DNA of 64,000 nucleotides, taken from the NCBI RefSeq assembly GCF_006345805.1, contig NC_043014.1, forward strand, positions 24,986,001-25,050,000. Direction: 5' to 3'. This document shows, piece by piece, positions 1 through 12,139 of the stretch (position 1 is its first letter; each line of letters begins with the position of its first letter). The notes below the pieces were generated by a model. That model made no database searches and was not told the origin of the DNA. It worked only from the letters and a program-made list of their open reading frames with translations. A program made the translations under genes and the position numbers. Source of the DNA: Octopus sinensis (Eukaryota).

Positions 1-1209
1 ACTAGGAAGATAGTTTTTGTATGTGGCAGATGCTCAGGAGCAATAAACACTGAAAATGCGCAGAGACCAACTTCCGCCTCATTCCAGGGAGGAAAACTAG
101 AAATAGTTGATAGCTTCCGTTACCTAGGGGACCAAGTCAGCAGCGGGGGCGGGTGTGCTGAAAGTGTAACTGCTAGAGTAAGAATAGCCTGGGCAAAGTT
201 CAGGGAGCTCTTACCTCTGCTGGTGACAAAAGGCCTCTCGCTCAGAGTAAAAGGCAGACTGTATGATGCATGTGTATGAACAGCCATGCTAGATGGTAGT
301 GAAACATGGGCCATGACTGCTGAGGATATGCGTAAGCTCGCAAGAAATGAAGCCAGTATGCTCCGATAGATGTGTAATATCAGTGTTCATACTCGACAGT
401 GTGTAAGTACCTTGAGAGAAAAGTTGGACCTAAGAAGCATCAGTTGTGGTGTGCAAGAGAGACGTTTGCGCTGGTATTGTCATGTGGCGAGAATGGATGA
501 AGATAGTTGTGTGAAAAAGTGCCATACCCTAGCGGTTTAGGGTACCTGTGGAAGAGGTAGACCCAGCAAAACCTGGGACGAGGTGGTGACGCACGACCTT
601 CGAACTTTAGGTCTCACCGAGGAAATGACTAGAGACCGAGACCTTTGGAAGTATGCTTGGCGTGGGAAGACCCGGCAGGACAAGTGAGACCATAACCCAT
701 GGCCTCTACCTGGGATGTAGCCAGTCCACTTATGCATACCTTCCCTTCTTGGGACACAAAACTCTACTTGTGAAGACCTGTTGAGGCAAGTGAAAATCAA
801 AATCGAAATCGATCAACATCAATGAAAATTGTAGCTGCGATACCAGTGCCGGTGGCACATAAGAGAACCATCCGAATGTGGCCATTGCCAGCGCCGCCCC
901 AACTGGCCTCCATGCCGGTGGCACGTAAAAAGCACCATCCGATTGTGGCCATTGCCAGCCTCGTCTGGCCTCCGTGCCAGTGGCATGTTAAAAGCACCAT
1001 CCGATCGTGGCCGTTTGCCAGCCTCGTCTGGCACGTAAAAGGCACCCACTACACTCACAGAGTGGTTGGTGTTAGGAAGGGCATCCAGCTGTAGAAACAC
1101 TGCCAGATCAGACTGGGCCTGGTGCAGCCTTCTGGCTTCCCAGACCCCAGTTGAACTGTCCAACCCATGCTAGCATGGAAAGCGGATGTTAAACGATGAT
1201 GATGATGAT
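1..1209 (+). mobile_element. RTE-clade LINE, 3' part (decayed ORF2 C-terminus, 3' UTR, (GAT)5 tail)
   Basis: Frame 1 reads KIVFVCGRC...KLEIVDSFRYLGDQVSSGGG...RIAWAKFRELLPLL...GRGRP with in-frame stops. The 3' UTR has internal repeats and ends GTTAAAC(GAT)n at 1195-1209. Confidence 0.92.
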
Positions 1210-1247
1210 ATATATTAATTAATTATTTTATTATTCTAGTTTATTTT

Positions 1248-1351
1248 TAACCTGATGAGTGGCTATATTTATATTGAAGTGATTTTACTACTACTATTAA
1301 TTTTTTTACTATAATCATTTCTTAAATATAGCCACGAAACACGTGTCATTA
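1248..1351 (+). ncRNA. Type I hammerhead ribozyme motif in a PLE-type terminal repeat
   Basis: CTGATGA 1252-1258; stem II 1259-1271/1323-1335; GAAAC 1336-1340; palindromic loop ACGT; GTC with predicted cleavage after 1347. Stem I is weak. Confidence 0.75.
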
Positions 1352-2089
1352 TTCTACCAAATATATATACGTTTTTATAATTATTTTGCAATTTACTTAA
1401 TCATCGGTATATTATTGTTATTTTAATTTTAATATTTCTATTATATGTAATTTTCTAGATGGTGTAATTTAATTGTTCATTTTGAATTGATAAAAGGTGG
1501 TTTTTTTCTAATTTTCATATATATATATATATATATAATATTTATATAACAAATGAAAGACAGAAGATGGAACATATGAGAATTATTAATCACGACAATT
1601 GTTTTGACACATCCAGCATCGATTCCTCTTGAGTGGGACGCTCAACAACTGGTTCAAGAGCATCCAGTGGTGCAGATGTATCTCATCAGGTGATAAATAA
1701 ATACTTGTTAAAATGACTCTTCCACAATCTAACTTTCCATTTTATAGAGAGAAAAACAGCCTGACAGAGGATATATCTTCATTTATATAGAAGATCTAAA
1801 ATAAAATCACAGATGACAAAAAGAGGAACGAACATGTAATCCAGCCAGAAACATAATAAAAATAACTGTTAACAGATATAGATGCATAAACGCCATTGGG
1901 CAAGCTGCATGGTACACAGGCTCATTCAAGCATCTGCAAAAATGTGAGCATATGCACATGTAAGGTTTGTTGCACTCATGATCACAAAGTTAGTTATTTA
2001 CTTGGTGTTTATAAGAATGGGGAGGTTAAAAGTAAACTTAAGTCATGTATACCTTAAATTAAATTGAATTAAATTAAGTTAATGGTTAC

Positions 2090-3895
2090 TCAAAATTCAT
2101 TCTCACTGCATTGTGTGAAAGTACATTTATATGCATGTAGGCATCTTGAGAGTTGTTCAAAAATTCTATCAATTATTTTCTCATTAGTCCACAGAAGAGA
2201 CAGGGATTCCTTGGATCAGAGACTGCATCTTCTGGAAATTATATTGTATGGTTTTGCTTACCTTACTATGGACCAGTTAATGCTGTACTTTGTTTTATTC
2301 TCCTTCAGTCACCATACAAAATATGCCAAAGATGTTGAATGTCTCTTATTGATTGTCTTAAAGTTGGCAACATGGTTATGATAACGATTCTTAAATGCAT
2401 CAGCCGTCTGCCCAATGTAAACATATGGCCCTCCCCTTGTGTGCACAGTAGATTTATATACAAAATTTGTACTCAAACAGATATTCATCAAAGGACATTT
2501 TGATTTTTCTCTGCATGAGCATTTATCGTATTTATTTGTATATAAGACATCCCTGACTCCATTAACCAGCGTTGTTACTGTGCCAGCTGTACCATGAGTA
2601 TTTCTACTACTACAAATTGGTTGTAGTTGGGGTTTATCAATGCGGTTTACATCTAAATGCAAATGTTTGCTAGATCCAGTAGGTGGGTTATTGAAACTTT
2701 AACACATTTTGCTATTGTTTAGGCAATGCATAAGCTGCTCTAAATACTGATTAGATTTAGGAAATCACTTGTCCAAAGCAGCAACAAATTTTCCAGCAAT
2801 CTTGGTTGAAACATGCAAATCAAAAATGGGGTTGAGCCAGAGGACATCCTGATTCCTATATCTGTTGTTAGGCTTATTTGATCGAGTGTGTTGTACAGGA
2901 TTGGAACAAGCAGTTAGATTATTATGTCACTTGTGTCTATGAGTTTCATTGGTAGTTCATTGATATGACCACTTCTTTCTGGCCTGTATTCTTTATCCAA
3001 GTGAGTTCTCAAACAGTAACATTGTGGTGGTATATGATATGCATTGTAGTTGTAGGAATTACTAGCATTGCTTATGCCTGCTTCTTGCTAGAGCATCATT
3101 ATAATAAGATGCATAAAATTCGAAAATTTTATTGTTAGCAGATGATCTAGAGATTCTTATAGAAATATTCTTAACTAGACCCCATATAATTAAGGGTGGA
3201 TGATTGGATGCTATGTTAATGTACTTAATATGATCATTTGGCTTATGAAATGATTCAAATAATCCAGTATCAAGACAGAAGGTGGAATCAAGAAAATTCA
3301 CTCTATGATAACCTTTACATATAGTAATGTTTAGTCCTAAATTTTTGAAAAGTCTGAAGAAATATTTCCTATGCCTTTCTAACTGTACTTTACTACTTCT
3401 TTCTAGAAAAAATAAGGCATCATACCTGTATAGACCCCCTGTTATTTCCAGAAAGGAAGTCTGGATTAATGAAAGGATATATATTCTGACTAGGTCACTG
3501 GCCTGAGCAGAATTGTGTGGGCCCATTGTTATATCAAATGCATTTTCTGTATCTAATCTACTCCATAATCTACCATCAGAATCTACTAGAGTAGCTCGCA
3601 CTGCAAGTATAACATCTGTTTCACGTCGGGACAAATCGGAATTTTTATGCTAAAAATCATGGCTTGATTAAGAACAATCAGGTTGATAGTGGCATAGTAA
3701 CTCTCTATATCTAGTTGCAAGAATTTACTAGTCTTACTAATTTCTAGAAGCTTGAACCATTCAACCACCTCTAGGATATCAGACCAGAGGGCTAATCTAA
3801 TTTTAGACTTAAGGACAGGTATTACCCTGTCAATGATTTTTTTTACTAATAATACCTATATTAGATTTAGAAGGACAAATCAATTTAACTGAGGA
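2090..3895 (-). mobile_element. Penelope-like element (decayed RT and GIY-YIG endonuclease)
   Basis: ORF pieces FLQLDIESYY, FDITMGPHNSAQASDL, GLYRYDAL, VNFLDSTF, YINIASNHPP, and VYKSTVHTRGGPYVYIGQT...FKNRYHNH. Confidence 0.88.
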
Positions 3896-3904
3896 GTCAA
3901 TAAG

Positions 3905-4950
3905 AAAGTTATTGATGGGCTGGGGGCTTTCCCTGTCTTCATACTCTTATTTGCTTTATCTATCAAGGTACTGTCAATTCGGATAACTGGTCCCTAATTT
4001 TGGGATGACATTCGGCAGACTCTCTTTCTCCCATTCATTCTCTTCATTTAGCAACTTTTATAGTGGTGTCTCGGAGTCTCTCTCCTTGAAGCCTCATTAA
4101 ATGCAAGTGAGCCATCATTCATACAGACATGTTTCTCTCCTATGACATCACGATTCTCTCTCACACACTGTCTTGCAACACAAAACACTTCAAGTCTTTG
4201 GTCCTCACAATGTAGAACACTGACAATTTTTTTTCTTATCTGCTTCTCCTCTGGCTCAGTGAACCTGTCTCCTAGCTTCCCTTCTGGCAGTCTTATATAA
4301 TTCCCTGCTACCACCATTCTTCCAGTCCTTTCATGCCTGTTTCTTTTCCCTAATGGCCCTGTCAACTACATTGTTCTACCACTACATTACCTTGGGTCAA
4401 GAGGAGACATTGCACCATACACAGATCTGGTCAGTAGCCCTCAATAACTTGTCCTGTAGAATCCGCCTGTTGTCTTACACATCATGTGTTGCTATATCCT
4501 CCTCTATTTTGTCAGAAGCTTTGAGTATTACATCTCTAAATCTCTGTCCATTTGCAGGATCCTTAAGCTTCCAGACACTTCTTCTCAATGCTGGTTGTCT
4601 TCTAGGCATCTTTAGCCCTGATCCTGAAGTCACTAATGACTAATCTGTCGTGGGATGCATTTTTCACCTGGGAAGGTTTTAGCCATCTTTCCTGTTTCCT
4701 GACAAGGATGTAGTCAATTTGACTAGTGTGTCCACCAGATAGGTAGGTGAATAGGTGACTAACAGGTTTCCTGAAGTTAGAATTACAAACCATAAGATCA
4801 TTTGCATCGCAGAACTCCAGCAGCCTGGTTCCCTCCTCAGTGCGGAAACCAAAATCATAGCCTCCATGTATACCATGGGAGCTCCTGTATGTTGTCCAAC
4901 ATGCCCATTGAAGTTGCCAGCCACAAAGTGAAGGTCCCTGTCATACACAT
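3905..4950 (-). mobile_element. RTE LINE fragment (endonuclease C-terminus to start of RT)
   Basis: [39 protein letters not shown]; homologous to the RTE copies at 42.9-45.3 kb and 48-51 kb. Confidence 0.88.
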
Positions 4951-5024
4951 GCACACACACACACATATCTGTATATGTATATATATATATAGAGAGAGAC
5001 ACACACATAATATATATACATACA

Positions 5025-5069
<45 letters not shown>

Positions 5070-5084
5070 TAAATTTTAACCTCA

Positions 5085-7600
5085 CTACATCATTTTACCA
5101 ACCATACTATAAACCCAATAACAATATTACTGATATACATGCACAGAGTAACCATCCTTGTAATATTATTAATAACATACCTTATGACATGGACTTACTT
5201 AAATTAGGATGTTTGAAGGTCTGATAGTGTTGGGATATTCTTTTTTTAATTTCAGTAGCTGTTGATCCAATATAAACCTTATAATTTTATTATTATTGTT
5301 CTTGGGGCTTAGTATACATTTATAAATCACATTATCAATATTACAATTATTAGAGAGCTTACATTTAGTCTTATCACAACATGAACATTTTTCTGTATGT
5401 TGATTAAGACTTTTATCACTATCGGTTGTATTATGGCTAGAGCTATTATTTATTATGCTATTATAATAATTATTTAATTTGCTATTATTTATAGAGGAAA
5501 TGATATTATCAACATTTCTCGGTGTTGAGTATCCCACTCTTATGGTTTTATTGGAAAATATATTTGAATAACTGTTATCCTTTTTTAAAAAAAAAATTCT
5601 TACAATTTTAAGTGTCTCTTTAATAATATTAGTTATCACTTGAGCCCCATACAGAATAATTAACCATATAATATACTTTTTATTTTTATATTATCATTAT
5701 TAGACATTGTCGTTATTAAATTGTTATTCTCAGGTGTATTATATCTCTGTATAATTTACTATTTTTCTTACTATTGATCATATTCTCATTATCAATATTA
5801 CTATTATTATTGTAATCATTAATAACATCTATATTGTTTTGATCCATATTTAGTTTGTTATATTGTCTTTTATTATTATTCATATTTTTACTATTAGAAT
5901 TCCAGGATCCGGGACCCCCTTCGGTCACGACACTGACCATGGGATTGCACCTAGAAAGTTACCCTCCTAGTCACAAGTCTGGGCATGGTTGTTTATGGAA
6001 GACCAGCAGTCGCCCATGCATACCGGCCTCCCCTCTCCATGCCACCAGTGTTATCCAAGGGAAAGGCAAAGGCCGATACAGCTTGGCACTCGTGACGTCG
6101 CAACTCATTTCTACAGCTGAGTGAACTGGAGCAACGTGAAATATAGTGTCTTGCTCAAGAACACAACACGCAGCCCGGTCCGGGATTCGAGCTCACAACC
6201 TCACGATCGTAAGCTCGACGCTCTAACCACTGAGCCATGCGCCTTCACAGTTAGAATTATTATTAGTTTTATTAGGATTACTTGTTCTATTATTGTGTTC
6301 GTAATAATTAAAGAATTATATCCTGCTTCTTTTAATGCTTTATTATAATATGGAGCATGTTTATTAAAAGTGTCATAATCTGAGGATAACATAGATATTC
6401 TTTTGCTTATATCATCTATTAAAACTTCTTTAACTGATCTAGGATGGTTACTTAAAGAGCTAATATACTTTAAGCTTTCATTCAACTTATAGAATGGATG
6501 GGTCTTATTAGTGACTAGATTAAGGTTGATGTCTACATAACTTACTGCATATTGTTCATTCTCTATAGATATCCCTAGGCCATAATTCTTAAAGAACTTG
6601 TACATTTTCTTCGTAAGGCATTCTAATGGCCTATTAGTACAGTTCCTAGATATAAGTAGTAGGTAGTTATAATAGACTTCATCGTGGCCAACACCACTTT
6701 GACTTCTTCAAATGACATATTTACCTTTCTCATGGCATATGATAGGGCCTTATTTAAAACCACTTCATTTATAGATGAATAATAATTCTCTACATCAATT
6801 TGAAGGAATTTACATCTATTTTTATCCTGAATATTATTAAACCATTTTATAGTATCTCGGATACAATTCCAGAGTTTAAGGTTACCTATCCTATTTAATT
6901 TAACAATATATTTATCTAATATTAATTTACTAATCTGCCTATATCTGACTTGCTTGGGCATATTAGCCTTACTTGGAGGTTTGAGTAAAAATTATCCTTA
7001 TGGTCTTTAATCCTTATTTTTGGATGCATCAGGACATATGCTTCAATTGTATTTTCAATACCATATTTAACCATAATTGGGTGGGGGGATTATCTAAATA
7101 ATTCTTATTAACTACCTTATATTTTTTTCATTATTTCCTTTTCTAGTAGGTTATCATGAAGTGGTGTATCTAGTCTGTATAAATTCCTGGTCTCATCAGA
7201 TTGTACTATAACACCATCTTAGTTCTTTAATATTTCTATTTTTCTAGCTAAGTTGCTGAGGTGCTTGTTGTGTCTGTTAGGGTATTTTTTGAATTTGATA
7301 TTTTTCACCATATTCCATATTTTCTCCTCAAAGTCCTGTATAATTCTATTATTGGGAGGTTCCTGCTTAGATTTGAAGTTTCTTTTTATGTAGTCTATAT
7401 CTTCCATGTTAGCATTATTCTTATTAGGATTGTTGTTATTGCAGTAGTGAGCCTTCCATTTCATTCTATTTATAAATTCTTTTCGCTGGTTAATCAGGTC
7501 CTGTGTATATTCTTTCCTACTAGGAATAGGTATATCCTTCAAAGATGAGTTCCACTCTATCACCTCAATCCTACCTGATAGATCCATATTGTATGATTAA
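5085..7600 (-). mobile_element. Penelope-like element, decayed, interrupted by a SINE
   Basis: N-terminal IPIPSRKEY...MKWKAHY, RT CKFLQIDVENYYSSI, YISSLSNHP, and GIY-YIG lead-in CKLSNNCNIDNVIYKC. Confidence 0.85.
5902..6250 (-). mobile_element. tRNA-derived SINE (tRNA-Arg(ACG)-like head) inserted in the PLE
   Basis: Minus-strand head TGGCTCAGTGG (A box) and GCTCGAATCCC (B-box-like) with an ACG anticodon-like loop. An 8-bp target duplication TTAGAATT lies at 5894-5901 and 6251-6258. Confidence 0.85.
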
Positions 7601-8437
7601 TTTAAATAATGTGGGAAAATGAATTTCCAAATCAATCAGGTACAACCCTTCAGCATTACATGCATCTACATATCATACCTTGGGATATTCTTTATCATAT
7701 ATTTATATATTTATCTAGAAATATACAAAGTATCTGATAAAAGTCAATAATAATTCAGTTTTGGGGGATTAATAGATATGCGGGTATTCTATTTCAGATA
7801 ATACAAAAAAAAATAACCTAATGGGTATATCCAATAGTAAACTCATGGTATCCATTTGCATGTCATGAAATAATACTTTAAAGGATATAAACAGTATGTC
7901 AGCAGGGTACATAATATACTTCCTTAATTATTTCCTACTTAAGTTAACACTTAAATTTATCATGACGGAACTACTCGTGTTTCAGTATTGGAAGATTACA
8001 ATATATACATACACACAAATGTATACATATATATATACATATATAAATATATATATGTGTAATCATCAGATTTATAATTATTCCAGCACATCTTCAGGTT
8101 CTTTTTCAAAGTATTGTTAATCTAATTTTACATCCCTTTAAAAAATAAGTGTTAAATTAAGCAAATTAAAAATAAAAAATAAAAAATAAAAATTATACTT
8201 TGTAATATTAAGAATTAAAACTTATAAATTATACATTATAAATATCAACCTTACAAAGTCAAGTACATAATGTCAAATACAAATTATATAAGATATAAAA
8301 TTATACATCAGAATAAAAATGTCTGTGTTTAAATGTGAAATAGAACAAGAAAAATGCAAATACCAATACATTTCTTCCTTTTTGTTGAAACCAAGATTTC
8401 TCCTCAAAATGGCGATTAGAGGAAATTATATATATAT

Positions 8438-8950
8438 ATGGTGGCTGCCCCCTCGTTATCGAGTATGACCATTGCACGAAGCTTAATCAATGTTGTTATC
8501 ATGCAATGCCTGTGCAAGAAGATTTTTTTTAAAGTGAGGAAAGGCTGTGCACTGAGTCAGTCCCACTCACAAAGCAACAGCAGCCATAATCTGAAAAGAA
8601 GAACAAGTCAACATCATCGGTAGCCACTGAGCCGCAGGTTTTATGTCGGAGTTATCCCAGTTACCTGAGTTACCTTCACCTAGAAGGATGCCCTAACAAA
8701 GGCTAGGCATCCCTCACTCCCAATGGTTTAACCGCATGATTGGGTATTCAGTCCGATTATTTCTATGTCCCCGCGCATGATACAGCCTTAAGACATTTAT
8801 TGGATGGCCGTTGACTCTCAAGAGTTCCTCCGCCCTTTGGCGGGTTTTGTTATCATCCCGCAGGGTGTCCAATAAACACCCACCTCACCAAGCAAGCTTG
8901 GTGGGGTTGCCGGTTTACTCCCCGACAAGCACTCGAAAGTGAGCTGACAT
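8438..8950. repeat. GC-richer, hairpin-rich segment, probably a retroelement untranslated region
   Basis: Higher GC and CpG than the flanks; four short inverted repeats between 8686 and 8903; family not assigned. Confidence 0.4.
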
Positions 8951-9143
8951 ATATATATATATACATACACACACACACACACACACATATATATCTATAT
9001 ATATATATATATAATATCTATATCTATATATATATAATATCTATATATTATATATATATAATAATATCTATATCTATATATATATAATATCTATATATAT
9101 ATATATCTATATCTATATCTATCTATATATATATATATAATAT

Positions 9144-9176
<33 letters not shown>

Positions 9177-9268
9177 ATATCTATATATATATATAATATC
9201 TATATCTATATATATATATATAATATATATATAATATATATATATATAATATATATATATATATATAA
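8951..9268. repeat. Compound (TA)n / TATCTA minisatellite
   Basis: Direct inspection. Confidence 0.95.
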
Positions 9269-9515
9269 ACTGGTTTCCCGGTTTCCCTTGTGTATAGGTC
9301 CCCCACGCCGGTCTGTTGCAGGTGAGCTGCAAGATGCAGGAGGAAAGAAAGTTGTGGTAAAAGAGTCAGCAGAGCTTCGCCATTACCTTCTTTTGGGGCC
9401 GTGTGGAGCTTAGGTGTTTTGCTCATAAACACACATATCACCTGGTCTGAGATTCGAACCCACAATTCCTTGACCGCCAGTCTGCTGCTCTAGCCACTAG
9501 GCCATGTGCCGCCAC
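9269..9515 (-). mobile_element. tRNA-derived SINE, 5' half
   Basis: Minus-strand TGGCCTAGTGG...GGTTCGAATC boxes; same head and body as the SINE at 56594. Confidence 0.8.
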
Positions 9516-9575
9516 ATATAAACATACACATAATATCTATATGTATGTGTGTATATATATATATATAATACCTAT

Positions 9576-9891
9576 GGAGTGGTTATGTGGTAAGTAGCTT
9601 GCTTACCAACCACATGGTTTTGGGCTCAGTCTCACTGCATGGCACCTTGGGTAAGTGTTTTGTACTATAGCCTCAGGCCTACCAAAGCCATGTGAGTGGA
9701 TTTGATAGACGGAAACTGAAGAAGCCCGTCGTATATATATATATATAATATATATATATATTATATATATATATGTTGTCAGTAATCATACTGTTTCCAT
9801 TTCTCTCAGCCAATATTTTTACATTAACCTTCAGGCCTACCAAAGCCATATGAGTGGATTTGATAGATGGAAACTGAAAGAAGCCCGTCGT

Positions 9892-9922
<31 letters not shown>

Positions 9923-10035
9923 TGTCAGTAATCATACTGTCTCCATTTCTCTCAGCCAATATTTTTACATTAACCTTCAGGCCTACCAAAGCCATATGAG
10001 TGGATTTGATAGATGGAAACTGAAAGAAGCCCGTC

Positions 10036-10074
<39 letters not shown>

Positions 10075-10130
10075 CAGTAATCATACTGTCTCCATTTCTC
10101 TCAGCCAATATTTTTACATTAACCTTCTTT
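9576..10130 (+). repeat. SINE followed by tandem units of SINE tail + (TA)n + Helitron-derived 60-mer
   Basis: SINE 9576-9731. The segments ATGTTGTCAGTAATCATACTG...CATTAACCTTC and CAGGCCTACCAAAGCCAT...GAAGCCCGTCG each occur three times. Confidence 0.9.
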
Positions 10131-11180
10131 CAAACTCTACATAATGCAACGTACATCTGACCTTCTGAGAAGAATTGTGTCAGAAGATATATTACAATTT
10201 GTTCAAAAGTCTATCACTCTGCCTTGTTGGATGTCAAGTCAAAAGCTGGCTTGGCAGGAAATTGTTTGCATGTAAATGTGAATGGAAATTCCATTTCTTG
10301 GAGATACATGTGGTATTCTTGGGTTTAGCAGAGTTGGTCCTGCATAAGGACCAGAAGCAACTTCAGCCTCAATAACATGATCATGTAAACTGATAATGAT
10401 GTAGCATATGCCATTGCAATATCCATTAGTAGCATCTAAATTTCTCAGAAGCATTATGCAGCATATTTTCTTTAGTTTGAGAATGTGTGGTGGAAACCCT
10501 GATGGTGTAAGTTTGTCGATAAACTCAGTTGGGTACAGCGTTTCATTATCAACTGTATCTGAGCTTCTGTATATTTTTAGCTTACCAGGGATCCTAGTCA
10601 ACAGAAAATCAATCACAACTTGTGCTGCTTCATTTGTTGGAGTAGTAATGTTCTATTTGCAAGCCACACAGGGTTTGTGAAGTTATTTTTGAGGTCAGCA
10701 TATACAAAATCACATAGATCTGAAAGAGTACAACTTTCAAGGTCATTGGGTAGTTTGATTTTGAATTCACCTAGGCTAGTTCAACAGAAATGTTACCATT
10801 TCCTACATCAAGAAGGTAATTAGCAAACTCTCTTTCATCAGAACAACCTTCTGTAAGAAGTCTTAGATTGGTTGTCAATTCCACTACATCCACATGATCC
10901 CAAAGAAATTATCTCTTTAGTGTTGCATCAACAATTTGTGATCTGACAGCATTATTTTGAAGAAGAATATTCTCCTCTCGAGATACCCTAACCAGTTGGT
11001 CATGTGTAACAGAAACAGAATCATGTCTATGTCTCTGTGCATATTCAAACATCTGTTTCAGTCGCTTTGCCCTGGTTTTACTCTTTCTCTCTGATGTTGT
11101 GCCTTTGCTGCTAAATTTTTTTTTTTCAGTTGCATATTTTTTGGATGCCCCATGTTGAATTGCAAAATGCAAACGTGATA
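10067..11180 (-). mobile_element. Helitron RepHel remnant (PIF1-like helicase C-terminus fused to an N-terminal piece)
   Basis: LYPTEFIDKLTPSGFPPHILKLK...IMLLRNLD...CNG...PRIP, and WDHVDVVELTTNLR...FANYLLDVGNG. Confidence 0.88.
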
Positions 11181-11219
11181 TTTGTGTAATAATGAAATCA
11201 AACTTGGAGTGTGTGTGTT

Positions 11220-11267
<48 letters not shown>

Positions 11268-11799
11268 GGAAAGAACATTAAAGATTTTCATTTTATCAAA
11301 AATATTCATTTAACAAACTCCGAAAACTGATAATATTCTTGAAATTGTGTCTTGTATATAGCTATTATTAAATTATCATTAATTAAAAGAGAGGCAAGTG
11401 AAGATGAGAAACTGTTGCAAATAAAAACATAAATGTTGCTTGCAATGAATTTATAGTGGTTATTATTAAACATTAAGATCTACTCCGCAGTAAATACAAT
11501 GAATATTTAAATTTATGAAGAATTGGGTGCAGTGAATGCAATGAATATTTAAATATGAAAGAATTTGGTGTTAGAACATTTTAAAACTTCAGAAATTGAA
11601 ATTATAGGAAATTTCTTAGAACATGAATTTATGAAAATATTTTCAGACAGTCAAGCTTTTAATATTGCTTTCTTTTAGTACTTTTAGTAATTGTTACATG
11701 CCTAATTAATAAGCAGCTTTCTCCATTATTGTGTGTGTGTGTGTGTAATACACACACTCATATATATATAATTAATCCAGAAAAAAATGAAGAAAAAAT

Positions 11800-11995
11800 A
11801 CTACAAGAAAAAACAACAATGCAAAGATGTGGTACATGCATAGTATTAAAAGATGCTCAGTGAAGGAAAGAAAGAGTGTTTTACATTTCGGTCAAAGGTC
11901 TTCTTCAGAAACAGGAGACAGAGGAAAGTCCAAGAGAAAAGGAAAACAGAGGAAAAAAATTGCCAACAATCCACATGTAGTTACTTTTTGGAATG
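11800..11995 (-). repeat. Solo PLE-type terminal repeat with a decayed compact hammerhead-like motif
   Basis: Homologous to 55130-55310. Minus strand reads CTGAAGA-A-GACC-TTT-GACC-GAAA at 11883-11908. Confidence 0.5.
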
Positions 11996-12139
11996 ACTGG
12001 AAATGGATGGAGAATGAAAAGTTCTTTCTTTCACAGAATATGTCCATGCACATGCATGTGTGTGTATGCAGGTGGGGTAACTGGTGTGTGTTGTTTGTGG
12101 TATTAACTGTTTATATGTCTATGTTATTTTTGTGTCTGT

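Noticed and set aside
6170-6250. tRNA gene candidates (also at 9440-9515 and 56594-56670)
   Set aside because: A and B boxes are present but there is no complete cloverleaf, and each continues into a SINE body.
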